Under the pieces are notes generated by a model. The model was not told the origin of the DNA, ran no database searches, and saw only the letters and a list, made by a program, of their open reading frames with translations. A DNA stretch of 32,000 bases. Source: Candidatus Helarchaeota ASGARD archaeon Hel_GB_B. Lineage in GTDB: Archaea; Asgardarchaeota; Lokiarchaeia; Helarchaeales; HEL-GB-B. Positions within the stretch are counted from its first letter, which is position 1. The number at the start of each line of letters is the position of its first letter. The stretch is taken from positions 4,611-36,610 of the forward strand of contig SUPR01000030.1 of the NCBI GenBank assembly GCA_005191425.1, read 5' to 3'. Position numbers and translations under genes: made by a program. Positions 16,108 through 25,611 of this stretch are shown one piece after another.

Positions 16108-19100
16108 CTAATCTTCAATAATTTTGTAATAACCTTCTTTTGGTTGATAAAGTACGCCATGCATTCTAAGAGTATTTAATTCTGATTCGACTTGTTCTTC
16201 CGAAATTCTAAGCCTACTGGCAGCTTCTTTAATCTCTTCAATCGAAACAGCTTGACCACCTTTTCTTTCTGTTAATTCTCGAATTAATTGATTAATTTGG
16301 TCTAAACGTCTTCTATGAGTAGTAGTGATACCCGTTTCTATTGCATCGATATCTGAGACACCAGTCTCCTGGTCAATCCCAACCTGTCCTAAAGAATAAG
16401 TCATTAATTGGATCACTGATTGAGCATCTTCAGCAGTTACTTCTTCATGTAATAAAACTTTAGCTCTTGCTTCAGCAAGTCGTATTAATGCCTCTAAATA
16501 TCGAGCTGTAATCGGAATTGGTGTCTCTGGATCTGCGCCCGCAATTCGAGTTTGTAAATAAAACTGTTTAATTACTTCTATTGCTTCTTTGGTTATTCGA
16601 GGTTTACAATTTTTCTTAGCATAATAGATATAATTTTTTAAAAGTTCATGATCAATTGGTGGTTCTTGGGGTGTTTCTTCAGAACTTAATATAAAATTTG
16701 CCATTCGTTCATCATTTGTAGGACTTGGTTGGTCCCTAATTAAAAATATTAAATCAAATCTCGATAAAATAGTCGGCGGTAATTTCTTAATATTCTCCGC
16801 AACTGTTTTATATGGGTCATATCTACCTTGAAATGGGTTGGCTGCAGCTAGAATTGACGTCCTTGAATTTAACGTAGCTATTATTCCTGCTTTTGCTATA
16901 CTGACCGTATTGTGCAATATGACACCGTGGCTAACAAAATTATGATTTGGTTCAATAGTTATATCATATACCCAAGGAGTAAAATATTCTTCTTCATTTT
17001 TAATTTTCTGAATATCAACAATTTTCAGAAATTTTATGTCTGATTTTATTAACTTTTGGACTGACTTTACTGAACCAATGGTTTTTTCGATTTTTTTAAT
17101 TAAAATATCGATGTTGTCCTTATTTAAACAATTGTCATTATTTTGGTTAATATTCTCAATTAATTCCGAATTTGGGATTAAGTTATTAACTATTAATGAA
17201 ATTTCTGGTTTCAAATTTAAATATGAACTGGATGAATAAGGTGTATTCAAAAGTTTTTTGAGTTTTTGCTGGATTTTGTAGAGTTTATTAACTGCCTCGT
17301 TTAATAATTTTAGAGCTAGCTCTTTTGTCATTTTAGGCTTGTTTATACCAGTAAATTTAGATAGTGTAGATGAATTTGAACAGATTTTTTCAGTAATTTT
17401 TGTGATTAAATTTTCAATAGGGACGGGAATTGTATCATATTTAAATTGGTCATAGAAAATATCTTTTAAAGCTGGAGTTTGAGGCTCTTTCTGGTCGAAC
17501 TGAAGAAATATTTCCTGGACAAATTTTTGAAGTGAGCATGGCGATATAAACAGTTTATGTCTTCTGTTCTCAAATTTGATATAGCTTGAAATACCTAATT
17601 TTAATAATAAATCTTGCAAATCTTCGCAAATTACTTTTTTCTGACACACAAAGTATATTTTTTGCTCAAAAATTTCTCCAATAGTCCTAAAAGTAGCGGT
17701 TAAAAAAGATTTGGCTATTTCTTTACTTGCACCCAGTATTTTTGATGGGACACGTTTATTATTATTATCCATTAATTCAGGAAAATTTATTTTGAACCAG
17801 TAATAGAGGTCATAAGAGTCATAATAGACTACTGTATAGTCAATCAGATTTAATTTCTGAATTGGTATTATTCCAAATAAATCATTTAAAAGCCGGGCGA
17901 CCTCATTTATTATATTTTTAGATAAATTTGAAAACTGAATTTGAGTTGAAATATCTGAATTTAAATTACCAGAAGTGAAAAAATGTCCAACAAGTTCAGC
18001 TACCTCTAATGTTAGGAGATTTGGCTCTTTTTTTACCTGTAATTTAGTTATAAAATTATGGTCTAACGCAATTGGTTTCGTAGAATTAGGTAAATAACGA
18101 GGGGCTGGTATATAATCACCTATTGAGCAATTTTCTGCTTTAACACAGTCTATATTGAGTCCATTTAATTTAAATACAGGGTGTTCTGGAGTAACAATTA
18201 TTGACCTACCATTTGAAAATTCTATCTTGTAAAAATTGCTTGGAGCTATATGTCGGCTTAATCTATTTATCCTACTTTTATAAATTTGTTCAAAATCTGT
18301 AGTATATAGTCCTATATCTTGAAATGGAAGTATTTCACAATTAATACCTTTGACCACTTCTTTTGGACGCGATTCAATTGCGTCATCAATGAATTCGCCA
18401 ATTTTAATTTTTCTTCCGTCAATAAGTAAAATTTCAGTATTTGGGTGGAAACATAGTTGTTCCATGGACTCATGAATAGAAATACGATCTTCGGGCCTCA
18501 TTTTATCAAATTCATCAATGGCAGCCAGACCTTGATCTGCTAATACGAGTACTCCTGCTTCAAGTGAGAGATTTCCTGTATCTTTATCTCTTAATACGCT
18601 CGCGGTTAAGCCAGCCGCACTTGTACCTTTACCACTTGTATATATCCCTCTTGGTGCTATTAATGCTGCACTTTTTAGGATTTGACTATTATGGAAAATT
18701 ACATGACCATTGGCAAGGATAAAATGGTTATTCTCAGTCCCTATATCATATACATATTCAAACTCATTTTCTAATTTAGTTATTGAAATAATTTTGTCCC
18801 AAAAAACATTTTTGTTTATTGAAGTTCCTAAAATCTTGGCATCTTGATACTTTTTATTTAAGTTATGAGTACATCTCTTTAAAGCCAGGATTGTTCCTAG
18901 ACATTCGGATAATACTTTTTGATTATTAAAATCAAGTAATTTAGGTTGAATAAATCTTTGAGGGATGGTACCTAAAGAAATACCCGTTCTATTTATTTCC
19001 GTGTCTAATAGATTAAGCTTATTATAAGAATAGACATGGTGTTCCCGCTTTACTCTCAAATATAAATTTTTTTGTTCTTTATTATTTATAAAATAACATA

Positions 19101-21150
19101 ATTTAAAAAATTTGACCAAGTCGCTTTTTAATATTAATAATTTATAGTCAATAACATTATTTCTTTTATGTGATTTTGTACTGACTTTAATAATACTCTG
19201 TATTCCAAGTAAATTTAATAAATCTCTTAAATTTAACAATAATCTTTTTGATTTTGATCGGATTCCAAGTACATTTCTCTTGTTTATTTTACTTTTTCCT
19301 GAGAAATAACCTGAAATAAATCCCTGTAAGAAGGGTCTAGGTGCATAGAAAAAGAGTTCTGGAACGCTTTTAACACCATTAAAATAAAAAAGTTTCTTGA
19401 ATACCTCCCTAATAACAACGGAACGATATTTTATAATGTTTTTGTACGTAGTATAACTTTTGAAATTTAGTTTAAAATCTTTTTCTAATTGTATTTTAAT
19501 ATCTTCATCGAAATATGATATGCTTATGCCATCCTTTTCTATCCGGCCATTTGCTAAAAATAATCCAAAAATTCTGCCCAGTGATTCAGTTAAACATAAT
19601 TTGTCCAAGTCAATATTTTTTTGATTTCCTCTTAAAGTCCTATTTTTTTTATAATTAATTAAATTTTCAAGCTGATTTGTTCTTTTATTTAAGAGATCGG
19701 AAATTTCAATTAATTTGACTTCTTTAAAGGAGTCAATTTTCCTTGATATTGGTAAATAATCACCTAATTCAAGGTCAGACATATTTCTTAATATTAACTT
19801 ACCATTTTTTAAAGTAGTAAATGAATGGTTACCTGTCGCCTTAATTATAATACCTGATTGAAGTTTAATTTCATAAATTTCTAAACTTTTATGTCTGCTT
19901 ACTTCTAATATCTTGGAAATTTCTGGTCTAAAATAATCAAAATTAAATGATTGAGTATAAAAATCTTCTAGTCCTTTTAAGTCTAAAATTTCAGTGTCTT
20001 TATATTTAATTATTCGATTTTTATATTTACTTAATAAAGTGTCAACAAAATTACCGATTTTGTATTTTATTTTCCAATCATCAAGGGAATTATTATAGAG
20101 GTAAATTTCTTCATTATAATGGACACTCTTACCAACTCCTGGATCGCCTACTAAAAGGACATGGATTTGACCTCTTCTTGTGGTGCCATCTTTTCTCAAC
20201 CTAGATACACCCGAAAAAAGTTGTAATAAAACTGCCTCCTTAATTTCTTCAAGTCCATAAATTGAAGGTGCCACTGATTTAATTAATTTACGGTATACCC
20301 ACGGGTCATTTGCTAGTTGTTTTATTTCTTCTTCTTGTTCCGCCGTAATCTGTAAATTTTCTATTTCAACTTCTTGTTTCTCGATGTGATTGATATCTAT
20401 AAAGGTTTTAAAAATAGTTAATTTTCCTTGTTGAGATGATTCTTGCTTCGCTTTCAAAATTCCAACGATATTAACTCTATCGCCTGGCCTTGCTAAATCG
20501 ACAATATCTTCTAATAAATAACCGTCCATAAATCTGGGCATTTGTCCAGGAGGTAGTTCTTCAGGTTTTTCTTGAACCCGGATTTTCTGCCAATCAATGT
20601 ATGTAGATCGTTCTAATAACAATTTAAATGGGCCCTTTTTATTACATTGTGGACAAATTAATGGTTTTGTAAATTCATTATCTTCTTGGTCAACAGGAAT
20701 TATTGCTTCATTACAACTTAAACACTTGAATACCCCTCGTATCATTAATGGGACTACTTTATTAACTCTTGTTAAAATACCACTTATTTGGATCAATTTG
20801 CCGATGTGATTTGCCCTAATTTTTCGCAGATTAATTCTATTGGTAGGTTCAAGATTTCTAAACCTAGCATGAAATTTGTCTACCTGGTACGCATATTCTT
20901 CGCTAATTATTCTCAATCTGTGCTTTATCGCAAGTGATGCCATTTCAATATAAAATTCAGGAGATTCTAACAACTTTCTTGCCAATTCCGAATCAAATCT
21001 CAATAAATCATCATAATCAATTGTAAGCGAGATACTTGCACTTAATTCCATTTGTCCTATCATATCATCATATTTTCTAGAACCATTTTCATCTATATAA
21101 TCGCTAAAAAATGTTTCAAATCTGGCTACAATATCGGCAGAATCTTCCAT
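16108..21150 (-). CDS. mcm: Replicative helicase MCM precursor with two inteins (mature ~685 aa)
   Basis: N-terminal Zn finger CxxC...CxxC, QE.PE.LPPGQMPR, Walker A GDPGVGK|S, TSGKGTSAAGLTA, Walker B IDEFDKM, SIAKAG, arginine finger SRFD and ITAR.LE..IRLAEA.A. Confidence 0.97.
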   Translation of the reverse strand: MEDSADIVARFETFFSDYIDENGSRKYDDMIGQMELSASISLTIDYDDLLRFDSELARKLLESPEFYIEMASLAIKHRLRIISEEYAYQVDKFHARFRNLEPTNRINLRKIRANHIGKLIQISGILTRVNKVVPLMIRGVFKCLSCNEAIIPVDQEDNEFTKPLICPQCNKKGPFKLLLERSTYIDWQKIRVQEKPEELPPGQMPRFMDGYLLEDIVDLARPGDRVNIVGILKAKQESSQQGKLTIFKTFIDINHIEKQEVEIENLQITAEQEEEIKQLANDPWVYRKLIKSVAPSIYGLEEIKEAVLLQLFSGVSRLRKDGTTRRGQIHVLLVGDPGVGKSVHYNEEIYLYNNSLDDWKIKYKIGNFVDTLLSKYKNRIIKYKDTEILDLKGLEDFYTQSFNFDYFRPEISKILEVSRHKSLEIYEIKLQSGIIIKATGNHSFTTLKNGKLILRNMSDLELGDYLPISRKIDSFKEVKLIEISDLLNKRTNQLENLINYKKNRTLRGNQKNIDLDKLCLTESLGRIFGLFLANGRIEKDGISISYFDEDIKIQLEKDFKLNFKSYTTYKNIIKYRSVVIREVFKKLFYFNGVKSVPELFFYAPRPFLQGFISGYFSGKSKINKRNVLGIRSKSKRLLLNLRDLLNLLGIQSIIKVSTKSHKRNNVIDYKLLILKSDLVKFFKLCYFINNKEQKNLYLRVKREHHVYSYNKLNLLDTEINRTGISLGTIPQRFIQPKLLDFNNQKVLSECLGTILALKRCTHNLNKKYQDAKILGTSINKNVFWDKIISITKLENEFEYVYDIGTENNHFILANGHVIFHNSQILKSAALIAPRGIYTSGKGTSAAGLTASVLRDKDTGNLSLEAGVLVLADQGLAAIDEFDKMRPEDRISIHESMEQLCFHPNTEILLIDGRKIKIGEFIDDAIESRPKEVVKGINCEILPFQDIGLYTTDFEQIYKSRINRLSRHIAPSNFYKIEFSNGRSIIVTPEHPVFKLNGLNIDCVKAENCSIGDYIPAPRYLPNSTKPIALDHNFITKLQVKKEPNLLTLEVAELVGHFFTSGNLNSDISTQIQFSNLSKNIINEVARLLNDLFGIIPIQKLNLIDYTVVYYDSYDLYYWFKINFPELMDNNNKRVPSKILGASKEIAKSFLTATFRTIGEIFEQKIYFVCQKKVICEDLQDLLLKLGISSYIKFENRRHKLFISPCSLQKFVQEIFLQFDQKEPQTPALKDIFYDQFKYDTIPVPIENLITKITEKICSNSSTLSKFTGINKPKMTKELALKLLNEAVNKLYKIQQKLKKLLNTPYSSSSYLNLKPEISLIVNNLIPNSELIENINQNNDNCLNKDNIDILIKKIEKTIGSVKSVQKLIKSDIKFLKIVDIQKIKNEEEYFTPWVYDITIEPNHNFVSHGVILHNTVSIAKAGIIATLNSRTSILAAANPFQGRYDPYKTVAENIKKLPPTILSRFDLIFLIRDQPSPTNDERMANFILSSEETPQEPPIDHELLKNYIYYAKKNCKPRITKEAIEVIKQFYLQTRIAGADPETPIPITARYLEALIRLAEARAKVLLHEEVTAEDAQSVIQLMTYSLGQVGIDQETGVSDIDAIETGITTTHRRRLDQINQLIRELTERKGGQAVSIEEIKEAASRLRISEEQVESELNTLRMHGVLYQPKEGYYKIIED
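16909..18453 (-). mobile_element. Intein 2 (515 aa) at the MEQx|T site of MCM, with degenerate LAGLIDADG endonuclease
   Basis: Junctions SMEQL|CFHPNTEILL ... VYDITIEPNHNFVSHGVILHN|TVSIAKAG; block B VTPEHP; motifs LVGHFFTSG and FLTATFRTIG. Confidence 0.93.
18688..20127 (-). mobile_element. Intein 1 (480 aa) in the MCM Walker A motif, with degenerate LAGLIDADG endonuclease
   Basis: Junctions GDPGVGK|SVHYNEE ... VYDIGTENNHFILANGHVIFHN|SQILK; block B ATGNHSF; endonuclease-like motifs IFGLFLANG and FISGYFSGKS. Confidence 0.93.
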
Positions 21151-21893
21151 TTCTCAATACCTCATTTGAACCTTATTGGTTATTCAAAATTTAAATAATT
21201 TGGAGACTTATTTAAAAATAAAAACTTAAAATTTAGTCTAAAATTAGTTATTTAAGTTATTTTTATTTATTTCTACTTAAATCCATTAATGATATACCAC
21301 AAAATTTTTAATAAACATAGTATATAAAAGAAATTTCGATATAAATTAAAAATTAGAATTTCTATATTTTTAAATTGGACGAATTAGAATTTTGTCGATT
21401 AAAAAGTATTAATATAATTCATTAAATCATGGACTTAAATTAAAAATTTATAAAATTTTTTATATCCTCATAAATTTTATAGTTTAATCTTGGCTATTCT
21501 TGTATTATAACCAAAATAATTATTTAACAAATAGTTTTTATTGCCCCCAACTTATTAAATTTAAAGTGAACAGTTAAATTTTTTTGCTACATTAAGTGTT
21601 TAAGATATTTTTAAATTAAAAATAAAATCGTAAATTTTATGAGTTGTCTGGCTTTTTTAGTAAAAATTTTAACAACCTAATTTTGAAATTTAACGTCATA
21701 TAGTGTCTTAAAATGAAATATTAACTTCAAGCTACACATTTTAAATTTAAAAATAAATTTTTTGGTTGCAATAAAATAAATGGTCGCAAGTACTATTTCA
21801 AGAATATTATTGAATAGAATAAAGAACTATCTACTTAATTTTTTGGATGCATTTTCAGTTGATGAACTGAGATCAATCTAAACAATAGATTTT

Positions 21894-22247
21894 TTATAAT
21901 TGTGACGCGTTTTGGATCAATCCTTGGTTTAATTGCTTGGCCACTGAAAGATCAATGTTCGGTATTATCTTTTGGATCTTTTCAATAGTGCTATTAATCC
22001 CTAACTTTTGTAAGTCTTTAAATTGTTTAAACTCTATTTTAGCAACTAATTTCTTTGAACTTGACCCATTTTGAATATATAGCTGTAGTTTATCTTCCAA
22101 TGGTTCTACCCAAATTTTTATTTTTTCCTGTTCTTTTTTCATTTCTTTGAATTTATTTTGAAATTTTTCATCGTCTAAAGTAAAAATTTCATCATCTTCA
22201 TCAAAAATCTCTTCGTCTATTGTTTCATTATTTAAATTCACTGTCAT
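21894..22247 (-). CDS. Hypothetical protein with acidic N-terminus
   Basis: 117-aa ATG-started ORF in an otherwise stop-rich AT region; no motif recognised. Confidence 0.6.
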   Translation of the reverse strand: MTVNLNNETIDEEIFDEDDEIFTLDDEKFQNKFKEMKKEQEKIKIWVEPLEDKLQLYIQNGSSSKKLVAKIEFKQFKDLQKLGINSTIEKIQKIIPNIDLSVAKQLNQGLIQNASQL

Positions 22248-23185
22248 TTCCTCATTTAAATTAATTTCTAATTTAAATTTGTTTTAAAATATAGCATTAA
22301 AAAATTGTTTCCAATATTTTTCACTAGCAGATTATATAAAAATCTTTCTTCAAATATTTAGCCATTTTAGATGAAATGTATATTTTATGGGCATAAATAT
22401 CCATATAATTCTTCAAGTTATGCATGTTATATTCCGTCAAATTTCTAATATGAATTTGAAAATCATATATTATTCTTTTTTTTACTCAAACTTAAATTCT
22501 TTTTGGAGATTTTTAATTTTGCTTAATTATCGGGTTTTCTCCAATATTTTCAGAATAATTAGATGAATAGAGTAAAATGCTTTTATTTTTAAATTTTTTG
22601 TTTAAAAAATGATTTACTCTTACAAAATTTAATATATTTAATTGACAATAAATTATCAATAATTTAAGGAATAATTTCTTATAATTTTAATGGAAATTTT
22701 TAGATAAAAATTTAGAGTTAATAATAATTTCTTTTTTATTACTCAATTTTTATTTGGGATTTACAAAACAATTATTTTATAAAACCTATAAACTAATCCG
22801 GGGATTTTTATTGAACCTTCAAAACCCGCCTAATTGATTGATCTTTTAACAATTATTCAGGTGGAAATAATATTTTATATGCCTCTTTATATGTTAAATT
22901 AAATTCTTTAGCCACTAATTTTATAGCAGTTTTGAAGTCATTAGACTTTAGATATTCGTTAAATTTCAAAAGACATTTATTCCAAAATTCTTTATTTTTC
23001 TCCATATTCTAACTCATCATATCTCATTTTTCTTTTATACATGAAGTAAACATTAATTTAATAAAAATATAAAATATGTTAAATTATTTTATAAAATATG
23101 TTTAAATTATTTTTATTATAAGAAAATCTTTATTTTAGAATTATTATAAGTAGCTATCAATTGTATATTATTGGTGTAAATTAAC

Positions 23186-24100
23186 TTGGATAAAAAACAA
23201 GTATTGACTCAAATCTTGAATGAAGTTAAAAATTTAAATTTGAATAATTTAATGATAATTAGGACAAACGGGAATTTATTGGCTAACAATTTTCCTGAGC
23301 GGGCTAAAATTTATATTAAAAATATTATAAATAAATATAAGAACATTCCCGTAAACAATTATGTAAGGGCGAATGTTGCCAATAATTTAAATTTAATTCT
23401 CTACAAAATAAGTACCAATATTTTTCTCGTCTGTCTTACAGTTGAAGATGAAAATAAGGTTGTAAATATTTTTAAGACGATTTCTAAGAAATTCAACTAT
23501 ATATTGTATGAATTATATAATGGTACACAAAATAAAAATAGGCCGCCAGTTTCTAAATTTATTAAATATATTATATTTTCACAAGCTGGCGATTTAGGAC
23601 CTACACCTGTAGCTTGGGATCCTAGTAATATTGATGACCAAGAAAAATTTGAAATTTCTGCTAAATCCATACTTGTACTCAGTGCTGGTTTAGACCAAAC
23701 CAATCGTACTTCTATGGACCACACTACTTCAATAATCCCATTTACCAACTTAAATTGTATTGGGCTTGTTTATACTTTTTCTATTCCATCTTATCAAGCT
23801 CGAGGAAATAGTCTTGATGCAGCGATTAGTGTTCTTGTCCACAAACAATTTAAAAAGTTGCTCTTAAATAAGCTTGAACAGATCGAGACTGAATTATATG
23901 AGATTACAAGACATATCATTTCTGGTGAAAATCCCTCAAAATTACTCATTATATTGAGACAAAGTATTGAACAAATTCTATCTAAAACTGATAATCTTCA
24001 AACACATACTCAAACTTTAACTAATAATTTAAAACAAATTATGATGTCCGAAATCAAAAAAATTCAAGAGAAAAAGCCATATTCTACCCTTCTGTATTAA
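23186..24100 (+). CDS. Roadblock/profilin-like N-terminal domain fused to a uDENN/longin-like domain
   Basis: N-terminus L..IL.E......LMIIRTNGNLLA; C-terminus IIFSQ..DLGPTPV, IIPF......GLVY.F, and ARG..L.AAISVLV, resembling uDENN longins (F....GP; ARG). Confidence 0.55.
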   Translation: MDKKQVLTQILNEVKNLNLNNLMIIRTNGNLLANNFPERAKIYIKNIINKYKNIPVNNYVRANVANNLNLILYKISTNIFLVCLTVEDENKVVNIFKTISKKFNYILYELYNGTQNKNRPPVSKFIKYIIFSQAGDLGPTPVAWDPSNIDDQEKFEISAKSILVLSAGLDQTNRTSMDHTTSIIPFTNLNCIGLVYTFSIPSYQARGNSLDAAISVLVHKQFKKLLLNKLEQIETELYEITRHIISGENPSKLLIILRQSIEQILSKTDNLQTHTQTLTNNLKQIMMSEIKKIQEKKPYSTLLY

Positions 24101-24145
24101 ATTTTTTATTGAATAAATTAATTTTTTATCGTGATGTGATTTTTA

Positions 24146-24703
24146 ATGAATAATTTTATTTTTAAATGGCAGAACCGCCCGGTTAATGTTAAATTTCTAA
24201 AAGACCTACCTGAAATTTCTTTATTTCTATCTAAGTTTGGTCCTTTCAAAAAAGACGAAGATGCAAAAGTACCATACTGGATGGCAAAAATATTATACCA
24301 AGAACATGTCATCCAGTTTATTGACCCAATTTATTATGATATAGATGAGTTGTTAAAACTTGAACGAATTGAACAAGAAGACACCAGAATTCATAATATT
24401 GACAAAGAGTTTTATGTTAAAATAAAAGAAACTTTTTCACAATTACTTAATGAAATCAAAAATATGGACAAATTCTCGATTAATACTAAATATATACAAA
24501 AACAAGAACGTATGGAGTCTCTCTTTATTGATATATTTTCTCGTAGACTTTACAAAATCCTTCGTATCGCCAGTAAAGGTGCTAACCAATCACAATATCT
24601 CGACAACTTTACTGGTGAAGAATTACTTCTTTATAACCAGCTTCAAAAAATTATTAAAAGTTGGACTGAAGATTTTATAGAAATCAATAAAAAGAAATAT
24701 TGA
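24146..24703 (+). CDS. gins23: GINS complex subunit Gins23 (B-domain then A-domain)
   Basis: V.VKFLKDLPEI......GPFKK......VPYW.A..L, then E..E......I...FY, R..KI...A and .T.EE..LY. Confidence 0.88.
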   Translation: MNNFIFKWQNRPVNVKFLKDLPEISLFLSKFGPFKKDEDAKVPYWMAKILYQEHVIQFIDPIYYDIDELLKLERIEQEDTRIHNIDKEFYVKIKETFSQLLNEIKNMDKFSINTKYIQKQERMESLFIDIFSRRLYKILRIASKGANQSQYLDNFTGEELLLYNQLQKIIKSWTEDFIEINKKKY

Positions 24704-24802
24704 TTTATTATTATTGTTTTTATTCAGTTTCTTTAGTCGATTAAATTAAATTAAATTAATTTATTTAATCTTATTACATTAAACTATGAGGATATTTTGA
24801 TA

Positions 24803-25588
24803 ATGAACGGAAAAATTGCACGGCTGAGAAGAATCAGCCGGAATAATAAGTATTTAATAATTCCAATGGACCATGGAGTAACCGTCGGGCCATTACCTGG
24901 TCTGATTGATATTGAAAAAACTATTGCTCAAGTTTCTGAATCTGCAACTGCTGTCCTCCTTCATAAAGGAGTAATTCGAGCATTAAAAGCTATTCCAGAC
25001 ATTGGTATCATTATGCATCTATCGGGCAGTACTGTCTTGAGTACCGAACCTAACTGGAAAGTCCAAGTGGGCTCTGTCGAAGAGGCTATTAGATTAGGCG
25101 TCGATGCAATTTCTATTCATATTAATTTAGGCAATGCACGTGAGTCCTATATGCTTCAACATATTGGAGAAATCTCTGAGAAATGCGATTTATGGCAAAT
25201 ACCACTTATAAGTATGATCTATCCACGTGGGGAAAATATTAAAGACCCTTATTCTCCTGAAATTCTGGCACACGTAGTCCGGTTAGGTGCTGAGCTGGGC
25301 TCTGATATAATCAAAACATATTATACCGGGGATCCAAATACTTTTGAAAAAGTCATTGAGGCGAGCTTTAAACCTGTTATAGTTGCTGGTGGCCCAAAAA
25401 CAGAAACTGAACAAGAATTCTTGGAAATGATTAAAGGTGCTACTGATGCCGGTGTATCTGGTGTTGCTATCGGTAGAAATGTCTTTAGTAGCAATAATCC
25501 TGCAGCTATGGTCAAAGCAATATCTTCGATTCTTTATGATAATTTTTCTGTTAAGGAAGCACTTGAGTTTATTAAAAATCCTTCGTAA
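24803..25588 (+). CDS. 2-amino-3,7-dideoxy-D-threo-hept-6-ulosonate synthase (MJ0400-like class I aldolase, aroA')
   Basis: PMDHG, HLSGST, M.YPRG, Schiff-base Lys in ELGSDIIKTYYTG, VAGGPK, G.AIGRNVF; lies directly upstream of DHQ synthase II. Confidence 0.88.
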   Translation: MNGKIARLRRISRNNKYLIIPMDHGVTVGPLPGLIDIEKTIAQVSESATAVLLHKGVIRALKAIPDIGIIMHLSGSTVLSTEPNWKVQVGSVEEAIRLGVDAISIHINLGNARESYMLQHIGEISEKCDLWQIPLISMIYPRGENIKDPYSPEILAHVVRLGAELGSDIIKTYYTGDPNTFEKVIEASFKPVIVAGGPKTETEQEFLEMIKGATDAGVSGVAIGRNVFSSNNPAAMVKAISSILYDNFSVKEALEFIKNPS

Positions 25589-25611
25589 CAAAATATTGAA
25601 GTGGAGTTCTC

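Noticed and set aside
21855-21870. TCAGTT-GATG-AACTGA hairpin containing TGATGA and CTGA (C/D box-like)
   Set aside because: The boxes are adjacent with no guide region, and a 6-bp hairpin is expected by chance.
22855-22875. TTCAGGTGGAAATAA ORB-like word near the second skew transition
   Set aside because: No G-string or inverted partner, and the skew polarity here is terminus-like rather than origin-like.
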